Shown one piece after another: positions 1 to 10,560 of a DNA stretch of 64,000 nucleotides. The DNA is from Eledone cirrhosa (lineage: Eukaryota): positions 248,001 to 312,000 of the forward strand of contig CAXHJY010000973.1 in assembly GCA_964016885.1 (NCBI GenBank), in the 5' to 3' direction. The notes under the pieces are model-generated. The model saw nothing but the letters and a program-made list of their open reading frames with translations. It did no database searches and had not been told where the DNA came from. A program made the position numbers and the translations under genes. Position 1 is the stretch's first letter. Each line of letters begins with the position of its first letter.

Positions 1-2229
1 TGAGATGTTAGGGCCCAGAACTATCTAGCGAGTCAGATGTGAGATGTGAGGGCCCAGAACTGTCGAGGGAGTCAGATGTGAGAAGTGAGGGCCCAGAACT
101 GTCTAGGGAGTCAGGTGTGAGATGTCAGGGCCTAGAACTGTCTGGGGAGTCAGGTGTGAGATGTGAGCTCCCAGAACTGTCTAGGGGGTTAGATGTGAGA
201 TGTGAGGGCCCAGAACTGTCTAGGGAGTCAGATGTGAGATGTGAGCTCCCCGAACTATCTGGGGAGTCAGATGTGAGATGTGAGCTCCCAGAACTGTTTG
301 GGGAGTCAGATGTGAGATCCCAGAACTGTCTAGGGAGTCAGATGTGAGATGTGAGCTCCCAGAACTGTCTAGGGAGTCAGATGTGAGATGTGAGGGCACA
401 GAACTGTCTGGGGAGTCAGATGTGAGATGTGAGCTCCCAGAACTGTCTAGGGAGTCAGATGTGAGATGTGAGGGCACAGAACTGTCTGGGGAGTCAGATG
501 TGAGATGTGAGCTCCCAGAACTGTCTAGGGAGTCAGATGTGAGATGTGAGGGCCCAGAACTGTCTAGGGAGTCACATGTGAGATGTGAGCTCCCAGAACT
601 GTCTGGGGAGTCAGGTTGAGCTCCCAGAACTGTCTAGGGAGTCAGATGTGAGATGTGAGGGCCCAGAACTGTCCGGGAAGTCAGATTTGAGATGTGAGGG
701 CCCAGAACTGTCTGGGGAGTCAGGTTGAGCTCCCAGAACTGTCTAGGGAGTCAGATGTGAGATGTGAGGGCCCAGAACTGTCCGGGAAGTCAGATTTGAG
801 ATGTGAGGGCCCAGAACTGTCTGGGGAGTCAGATGTGAGATGTGAGCTCCCAGCACTGTCTAGGGAATCAGATGTGAGATGTGAGGGCCCAGAACTGTCC
901 GGGAAGTCAGATGTGAGATGTGAGCTCCCAGAACTGTCTAGGGAGTCAGATGTGAGATGTGAGAGCCCAGAACTGTCTAGGGAGTCAGATGTGAGATGTT
1001 AGGGCCCAGAACTGTCTGGGGAGTCAGATGTGAGATGTGAGCTCCCAGAACTGTCTGGGGAGTCAGATGTGAGATGTGAGGGCCCAGAACTGTCTAGGGA
1101 GTCAGATGTGAGATGTTAGGGCCCAGAACTGTCTGGGGAGTCAGATGTGAGATGTGAGGGCCCAGAACTATCTGGGGAGTCAGATGTAAGATGTGAGGGC
1201 CCAGAACTGTCTGGGGAGTCAGATGTGAGATGTGAGCTCCCAGAACTGTTTGGGGAGTCAGATGTGAGATGTGAGCTCGCAGAACTATCTGGGGAGTCAG
1301 ATGTGAGATGTGAGGGCCCAGAACTGTCTGGGGAGTCAGATGTGAGATGTGAGCTCCCAGAACTGTTTGGGGAGTCAGATGTGAGATGTGAGCTCGCAGA
1401 ACTATCTGGGGAGTCAGATGTGAGATGTGAGCTCCCAGAACTGTTTGGGGAGTCAGATGTGAGATCCCAGAACTGTCTAGGGAGTCAGATGTGAGATGTG
1501 AGCTCCCAGAACTGTCTAGGGAGTCAGATGTGAGATGTGAGGGCACAGAACTGTCTGGGGAGTCAGATGTGAGATGTGAGCTCCCAGAACTGTCTAGGGA
1601 GTCAGATGTGAGATGTGAGGGCCCAGAACTGTCTAGGGAGTCACATGTGAGATGTGAGCTCCCAGAACTGTCTGGGGAGTCAGGTTGAGCTCCCAGAACT
1701 GTCTAGGGAGTCAGATGTGAGATGTGAGGGCACAGAACTGTCTGGGGAGTCAGATGTGAGATGTGAGCTCCCAGAACTGTCTAGGGAGTCAGATGTGATA
1801 TGTGATATGTGAGGGCCCAGAACTGTCTAGGGAGTCACATGTGAGATGTGAGCTCCCAGAACTGTCTGGGGAGTCAGGTTGAGCTCCCAGAACTGTCTAG
1901 GGAGTCAGATGTGAGATGTGAGCTCCCAGAACTGTCCGGGAAGTCAGATTTGAGATGTGAGGGCCCAGAACTGTCTGGGGAGTCAGGTTGAGCTCCCAGA
2001 ACTGTCTAGGGAGTCAGATGTGAGATGTGAGGGCCCAGAACTGTCCGGGAAGTCAGATTTGAGATGTGAGGGCCCAGAACTGTCTGGGGAGTCAGATGTG
2101 AGATGTGAGGGCCCAGAACTGTCTGGGGAGTCAGATGTGAGATGTGAGCTCCCAGCACTGTCTAGGGAGTCAGATGTGAGATGTGAGGGCCCAGAACTGT
2201 CCGGGAAGTCAGATGTGAGATGTGAGCTA

Positions 2230-5200
2230 CCAGAACTGTCTGGGGAGTCAGATGTGAGATGTGAGGGCCCAGAACTATCTAGGGAGTCAGATGTGAGATG
2301 TTAGGGCCCAGAACTGTCTGGGGAGTCAGATGTGAGATGTGAGGGCCCAGAACTATCTGGGGAGTCAGATGTGAGATGTGAGGGCCCAGAACTGTCTGGG
2401 GAGTCAGATGTGAGATGTGAGCTCGCAGAACTATCTGGGGAGTCAGATGTGAGATGTGAGCTCCCAGAACTGTTTGGGGAGTCAGATGTGAGATGTGAGC
2501 TCGCAGAACTATCTGGGGAGTCAGATGTGAGATGTGAGGGCCCAGAACTGTCTGGGGAGTCAGATGTGACATGTGAGCTCCCAGAACTATCTGGGGAGTC
2601 AGATGTGAGGTGTGAGCTCCCAGAACTGTTTGGGGAGTCAGATGTGAGATGTGAGCTCCCAGAACTGTCTAGGGAGTCAGATGTGAGATGAGGGCCCAGA
2701 ACTGTCTGGGGAGTCAGATGTGAGATGTGAGGGCCCAGAACTATCTGGGGAGTCAGATGTGAGATGTGAGGGCCCAGAACTGTCTGGGGAGTCAGATGTG
2801 AGATGTGAGCTCCCAGAACTGTCTAGGGAGTCAGATGTGAGATGTGAGGGCCCAGAACTGTCTAGGGAGTCAGATGTGAATGTGAGGGCCCAGAACTGTC
2901 TAGGGAGTCAGATGTGAGATGTTAGGGCCCAGAACTGTCTAGGGAGTCACATGTGAGATGTGAGCTCCCAGAACTGTCTGGGGAGTCAGGTGTGAGCTCC
3001 CAGAACTGTCTAGGGAGTCAGATGTGAGATGTGAGGGCCCAGACCTGTCTGGGAAGTCAGATGTGAGATGCGAGGGCCCAGAACTGTCTAGGGAGTCAGA
3101 TGTGAGATGTTAGGGCCCAGAACTGTCTGGGGAGTCAGATGTGAGATGTGAGCTCCCAGAACTGTCTAGGGAGTCAGATGTGATATGTGAGGGCCCAGAA
3201 CTGTCTAGGGAGTCAGATGTGAGATGTTAGGGCCCAGAACTGTCTAGAGAGTCAGATGTGAGATGTGAGCTCCCAGAACTATCTGGGGAGTCAGATGTGA
3301 GATGTGAGGGCCCAGAACTATCTGGGGAGTCAGATGTGAGATGTGAGATCCCAGAACTGTTTGGGAAGTCAGATGTGAGATGTGAGCTCCCAGAACTGTC
3401 TAGGGAGTCAGATGTGAGATGAGGGCCCAGAACTGTCTGGGAAGTCAGATGTGAGATGTGAGGGCCCAGAACTGTCTAGGGAGTCAGATGTGAGATGTTA
3501 GGGCCCAGAACTGTCTGGGGAGTCAGATGTGAGATGTGAGCTCCCAGAACTGTCTAGGGAGTCTGTGAGATGTGAGGGCCCAGAACTGTCTAGGGAATCA
3601 GATGTGAGATGTTAGGGCCCAGAACTGTCGAGGGAGTCAGATGTGAGATGTGAGGGCCCAGAACTGTCGAGGGAGTCAGATGTGAGATGTGAGGGCCCAG
3701 AACTGTCTAGGGAGTCAGGTGTGAGATGTCAGGGCCTAGAACTGTCTGGGGAGTCCGATGTGAGATGTGAGCTCCCAGAACTGTCTAGGGGGTTAGATGT
3801 GAGATGTGAGGGCCCAGAACTGTCTAGGGAGTCAGGTGTGAGATGTCAGGGCCTAGAACTGTCTGGGGAGTCAGATGTGAGATGTGAGCTCCCAGAACTG
3901 TCTGGGGAGTCAGATGTGAGGTGTGAGGGCCCAGAACTGTCTGGGGAGTCAGATGTGAGATGTGAGCTCCCAGAACTGTTTGGGAAGTCAGATGTGACAT
4001 GTGAGCTCCCAGAACTGTCTAGGGAGTCAGATGTGAGATGTGAGCTCCCAGAACTGTCTGGGGAGTCAGATGTGAGATGAGGGCACAGAACTGTCTGGGG
4101 AGTCAGATGTGAGATGTGAGCTCCCAGAACTGTCTGGGGAGTCAGATGTGAGATGAGGGCACAGAACTGTCTGGGGAGTCAGATGTGAGATGTGAGCTCC
4201 CAGAACTGTCTGGGGAGTCAGATGTGAGATGTGAGGGCCCAGAACTGTCTAGGGAGTCAGATGTGAGATGTTAGGGCCCAGAACTGTCTGGGGAGTCAGA
4301 TGTGAGATGTGAGGGCCCAGAACTATCTGGGGAGTCAGATGTGAGATGTGAGGGCCCAGAACTGTCTGGGGAGTCAGATGTGAGATGTGAGCTCGCAGAA
4401 CTATCTGGGGAGTCAGATGTGAGATGTGAGGGCCCAGAACTGTTTGGGGAGTCAGATGTGAGATGTGAGCTCGCAGAACTATCTGGGGAGTCAGATGTGA
4501 GATGTGAGGGCCCAGAACTGTCTGGGGAGTCAGATGTGAGATGTGAGCTCCCAGAACTATCTGGGGAGTCAGATGTGAGATGTGAGCTCCCAGAACTGTT
4601 TGGGGAGTCAGATGTGAGATGTGAGCTCCCAGAACTGTCTAGGGAGTCAGATGTGAGATGAGGGCCCAGAACTGTCTGGGGAGTCAGATGTGAGATGTGA
4701 GGGCCCAGAACTATCTGGGGAGTCAGATGTGAGATGTGAGGGCCCAGAACTGTCTGGGGAGTCAGATGTGAGATGTGAGCTCCCAGAACTGTCTAGGGAG
4801 TCAGATGTGAGATGTGAGGGCCCAGAACTGTCTAGGGAGTCAGATGTGAATGTGAGGGCCCAGAACTGTCTAGGGAGTCAGATGTGAGATGTTAGGGCCC
4901 AGAACTGTCTAGGGAGTCACATGTGAGATGTGAGCTCCCAGAACTGTCTGGGGAGTCAGGTGTGAGCTCCCAGAACTGTCTAGGGAGTCAGATGTGAGAT
5001 GTGAGGGCCCAGACCTGTCTGGGAAGTCAGATGTGAGATGCGAGGGCCCAGAACTGTCTAGGGAGTCAGATGTGAGATGTTAGGGCCCAGAACTGTCTGG
5101 GGAGTCAGATGTGAGATGTGAGCTCCCAGAACTGTGTAGGGAGTCAGATGTGATATGTGAGGGCCCAGAACTGTCTAGGGAGTCAGATGTGAGATGTTAG

Positions 5201-6010
5201 GGCCCAGAACTGTCTAGAGAGTCAGATGTGAGATGTGAGCTCCCAGAACTATCTGGGGAGTCAGATGTGAGATGTGAGGGCCCAGAACTATCTGGGGAGT
5301 CAGATGTGAGATGTGAGATCCCAGAACTCTTTGGGAAGTCAGATGTGAGATGTGAGCTCCCAGAACTGTCTAGGGAGTCAGATGTGAGATGAGGGCCCAG
5401 AACTGTCTGGGAAGTCAGATGTGAGATGTGAGGGCCCAGAACTGTCTAGGGAGTCAGATGTGAGATGTTAGGGCCCAGAACTGTCTGGGGAGTCAGATGT
5501 GAGATGTGAGCTCCCAGAACTGTCTAGGGAGTCTGTGAGATGTGAGGGCCCAGAACTGTCTAGGGAATCAGATGTGAGATGTTAGGGCCCAGAACTGTCG
5601 AGGGAGTCAGATGTGAGATGTGAGGGCCCAGAACTGTCGAGGGAGTCAGATGTGAGATGTGAGGGCCCAGAACTGTCTAGGGAGTCAGGTGTGAGATGTC
5701 AGGGCCTAGAACTGTCTGGGGAGTCAGATGTGAGATGTGAGCTCCCAGAACTGTCTGGGGGGTTAGATGTGAGATGTGAGGGCCCAGAACTGTCTAGGGA
5801 GTCAGGTGTGAGATGTCAGGGCCTAGAACTGTCTGGGGAGTCAGATGTGAGATGTGAGCTCCCAGAACTGTCTGGGGAGTCAGATGTGAGATGTGAGCTC
5901 CCAGAACTGTTTGGGAAGTCAGATGTGAGATGTGAGCTCCTAGAACTGTCTAGGGAGTCAGATGTGAGATGTGAGCTCCCAGAACTGTCTGGGGAGTCAG
6001 ATGTGAGATG
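2230..6010 (+). repeat. Older, slightly diverged tandem duplication, period 1,970 bp (repeated again at +18,918)
   Basis: Offsets 2332/4302, 2720/4690 and 3643/5613. Several substitutions separate the copies. Boundaries are approximate. Confidence 0.85.
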
Positions 6011-9000
6011 AGGGCACAGAACTGTCTGGGGAGTCAGATGTGAGATGTGAGCTCCCAGAACTGTCTAGGGAGTCAGATGTGAGATGTGAGGGCCCAGAAC
6101 TGTCCGGGAAGTCAGATTTGAGATGTGAGGGCCCAGAACTGTCTGGGAAGTCAGATGTGAGATGTGAGGGCCCAGAACTGTCTAGGGAGTCAGATGTGAG
6201 ATGTGAGAGCCCAGAACTGTCTAGGGAGTCAGATGTGAGATGTTAGGGCCCAGAACTGTCTGGGGAGTCAGATGTGAGATGTGAGCTCCCAGAACTGTCT
6301 GGGGAGTCAGATGTGAGATGTGAGGGCCCAGAACTGTCTGGGGATTCAGATGTGAGATGTGAGGGCCCAGAACTGTCTGGGGAGTCAGATGTGAGATGTG
6401 AGGGCCCAGAACTATCTGGGGAGTCAGATGTGAGATGTGAGCTCCCAGAACTGTTTGGGGAGTCAGATGTGAGATGTGAGCTCCCAGAACTGTCTAGGGA
6501 GTCAGATGTGAGATGAGGGCCCAGAACTGTCTGGGGAGTCAGATGTGAGATGTGAGGGCCCAGAACTGTCTGGGAAGTCAGATGTGAGATGTGAGGGCCC
6601 AGAACTGTCTAGGGAGTCAGATGTGAGATGTTAGGGCCCAGAACTGTCTGGGGAGTCTGATGTGAGATGTGAGGGCCCAGAACTGTCTAGGGAGTCAGAT
6701 GTGAGATGTGAGCTCCCAGAACTGTCTAGGGAGTCAGATGTGAGATGTGAGCTCCCAGAACTGTCTGGGGAGTCAGATGTGAGATGTGAGCTCCCAGAAC
6801 TGTCTGGGAAGTCAGATGTGAGGGCGCAGAGCTGTCTGGGGAGTCAGATGTGAATGTGAGGGCCCAGAACTGTCTAGGGAGTTAGATGTGAGATGAGGGC
6901 CCAGAACTGTCTAGGGAGTCAGATGTGAGATGAGGGCACAGAACTGTCTAGGGAGTCAGATGTGAGATGTGAGGGCCCAGAACTATCTGGGGAGTCAGAT
7001 GTGAGATGTGAGGGCCCAGAACTGTCTGGGGAGTCAGATGTGAGATGTGAGGGCCCAGAACTGTCTGGGGAGTCAGATGTGAGATGTGAGCTCCCAGAAC
7101 TGTCTAGGGAGTCAGATGTGAGATGTTAGGGCCCAGAACTGTCTAGGGAGTCACATGTGAGATGTGAGCTCCCAGAACTGTCTGGGGAGTCAGGTGTGAG
7201 CTCCCAGAACTGTCTAGGGAGTCAGATGTGAGATGTGAGGGCCCAGACCTGTCTGGGAAGTCAGATGTGAGATGCGAGGGCCCAGAACTGTCTAGGGAGT
7301 CAGATGTGAGATGTTAGGGCCCAGAACTGTCTGGGGAGTCAGATGTGAGATGTGAGCTCCCAGAACTGTCTAGGGAGTCAGATGTGATATGTGAGGGCCC
7401 AGAACTGTCTAGGGAGTCAGATGTGAGATGTTAGGGCCCAGAACTGTCTAGAGAGTCAGATGTGAGATGTGAGCTCCCAGAACTATCTGGGGAGTCAGAT
7501 GTGAGATGTGAGGGCCCAGAACTATCTGGGGAGTCAGATGTGAGATGTGAGATCCCAGAACTGTTTGGGAAGTCAGATGTGAGATGTGAGCTCCCAGAAC
7601 TGTCTAGGGAGTCAGATGTGAGATGAGGGCCCAGAACTGTCTGGGAAGTCAGATGTGAGATGTGAGGGCCCAGAACTGTCTAGGGAGTCAGATGTGAGAT
7701 GTTAGGGCCCAGAACTGTCTGGGGAGTCAGATGTGAGATGTGAGCTCCCAGAACTGTCTAGGGAGTCTGTGAGATGTGAGGGCCCAGAACTGTCTAGGGA
7801 ATCAGATGTGAGATGTTAGGGCCCAGAACTGTCGAGGGAGTCAGATGTGAGATGTGAGGGCCCAGAACTGTCGAGGGAGTCAGATGTGAGATGTGAGGGC
7901 CCAGAACTGTCTAGGGAGTCAGGTGTGAGATGTCAGGGCCTAGAACTGTCTGGGGAGTCAGATGTGAGATGTGAGCTCCCAGAACTGTCTAGGGGGTTAG
8001 ATGTGAGATGTGAGGGCCCAGAACTGTCTAGGGAGTCAGGTGTGAGATGTCAGGGCCTAGAACTGTCTGGGGAGTCAGATGTGAGATGTGAGCTCCCAGA
8101 ACTGTCTGGGGAGTCAGATGTGAGATGTGAGCTCCCAGAACTGTTTGGGAAGTCAGATGTGAGATGTGAGCTCCCAGAACTGTCTAGGGAGTCAGATGTG
8201 AGATGTGAGCTCCCAGAACTGTCTGGGGAGTCAGATGTGAGATGAGGGCACAGAACTGTCTGGGAGTCAGATGTGAGATGTGAGCTCCCAGAACTGTCTA
8301 GGGAGTCAGATGTGAGATGTGAGGGCCCAGAACTGTCCGGGAAGTCAGATTTGAGATGTGAGGGCCCAGAACTGTCCGGGAAGTCAGATGTGAGATGTGA
8401 GGGCCCAGAACTGTCTAGGGAGTCAGATGTGAGATGTGAGAGCCCAGAACTGTCTAGGGAGTCAGATGTGAGATGTTAGGGCCCAGAACTGTCTGGGGAG
8501 TCAGATGTGAGATGTGAGCTCCCAGAACTGTCTGGGGAGTCAGATGTGAGATGTGAGCTCCCAGAACTGTTTGGGGAGTCAGATGTGAGATGTGAGCTCG
8601 CAGAACTATCTGGGGAGTCAGATGTGAGATGTGAGGGCCCAGAACTGTCTGGGGAGTCAGATGTGAGATGTGAGCTCCCAGAACTATCTGGGGAGTCAGA
8701 TGTGAGATGTGAGCTCCCAGAACTGTTTGGGGAGTCAGATGTGAGATGTGAGCTCCCAGAACTGTCTAGGGAGTCAGATGTGAGATGAGCGCCCAGAACT
8801 GTCTGGGGAGTCAGATGTGAGATGTGAGGGCCCAGAACTATCTGGGGAGTCAGATGTGAGATGTGAGGGCCCAGAACTGTCTGGGGAGTCAGATGTGAGA
8901 TGTGAGCTCCCAGAACTGTCTAGGGAGTCAGATGTGAGATGTTAGGGCCCAGAACTGTCTAGGGAGTCACATGTGAGATGTGAGCTCCCAGAACTGTCTG

Positions 9001-9559
9001 GGGAGTCAGGTGTGAGCTCCCAGAACTGTCTAGGGAGTCAGATGTGAGATGTGAGGGCCCAGACCTGTCTGGGAAGTCAGATGTGAGATGCGAGGGCCCA
9101 GAATTGTCTAGGGAGTCAGATGTGAGATGTTAGGGCCCAGAACTGTCTGGGGAGTCAGATGTGAGATGTGAGCTCCCAGAACTGTCTAGGGAGTCAGATG
9201 TGATATATGAGGGCCCAGAACTGTCTAGGGAGTCAGATGTGAGATGTTAGGGCCCAGAACTGTCTAGAGAGTCAGATGTGAGATGTGAGCTCCCAGAACT
9301 ATCTGGGGAGTCAGATGTGAGATGTGAGGGCCCAGAACTATCTGGGGAGTCAGATGTGAGATGTGAGATCCCAGAACTGTCTGGGAAGTCAGATGTGAGA
9401 TGTGAGGGCCCAGAACTGTCTAGGGAGTCAGATGTGAGATGTTAGAGCCCAGAACTGTCTGGGGAGTCAGATGTGAGATGTGAGCTCCCAGAACTGTCTA
9501 GGGAGTCTGTGAGATGTGAGGGCCCAGAACTGTCTAGGGAATCAGATGTGAGATGTGAG

Positions 9560-10560
9560 GGCCCAGAACTGTCGAGGGAGTCAGATGTGAGATGTGAGGG
9601 CCCAGAACTGTCTAGGGAGTCAGGTGTGAGATGTCAGGGCCTAGAACTGTCTGGGGAGTCAGATGTGAGATGTGAGCTCCCAGAACTGTCTAGGGGGTTA
9701 GATGTGAGATGTGAGGGCCCAGAACTGTCTAGGGAGTCAGGTGTGAGATGTGAGGGCCTAGAACTGTCTGGGGAGTCAGATGTGAGATGTGAGCTCCCAG
9801 AACTGTCTGGGGAGTCAGATGTGAGATGTGAGCTCCCAGAACTGTTTGGGAAGTCAGATGTGAGATGTGAGCTCCCAGAACTGTCTAGGGAGTCAGATGT
9901 GAGATGTGAGCTCCCAGAACTGTCTGGGGAGTCAGATGTGAGATGAGGGCACAGAACAGTCTGGGGAGTCAGATGTGAGATGTGAGCTCCTAGAACTGTC
10001 TAGGGAGTCAGATGTGAGATGTGAGGGCCCAGAACTGTCCGGGAAGTCAGATTTGAGATGTGAGGGCCCAGAACTGTCTGGGAAGACAGATGTGAGATGT
10101 GAGGGCCCAGAACTGTCTAGGGAGTCAGATGTGAGATGTGAGAGCCCAGAACTGTCGAGGGAGTCAGATGTGAGATGTGAGGGCCCAGAACTGTCTAGGG
10201 AGTCAGGTGTGAGATGTCAGGGCCTAGAACTGTCTGGGGAGTCAGATGTGAGATGTGAGCTCCCAGAACTGTCTAGGGGGTTAGATGTGAGATGTGAGGG
10301 CCCAGAACTGTCTAGGGAGTCAGGTGTGAGATGTGAGGGCCTAGAACTGTCTGGGGAGTCAGATGTGAGATGTGAGCTCCCAGAACTGTCTGGGGAGTCA
10401 GATGTGAGATGTGAGCTCCCAGAACTGTTTGGGAAGTCAGATGTGAGATGTGAGCTCCCAGAACTGTCTAGGGAGTCAGATGTGAGATGTGAGCTCCCAG
10501 AACTGTCTGGGGAGTCAGATGTGAGATGAGGGCACAGAACTGTCTGGGGAGTCAGATGTG
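9560..10560 (+). repeat. Local tandem duplication, period 583 bp (15 monomers minus 2 bp)
   Basis: ORF ends 9946/10529 with the same run of variant monomers (TCAGGGCCTAG, GGGGTTAG, TGAGGGCCTAG, TTTGGGAAG). Boundaries are approximate. Confidence 0.8.

Noticed and set aside
3230-3255. Heat-shock element or steroid-receptor element (AGAACTGTCTAGAG, AGAACAGTCT)
   Set aside because: Only degenerate matches: GTC instead of TTC, and wrong spacing for AGAACAnnnTGTTCT.
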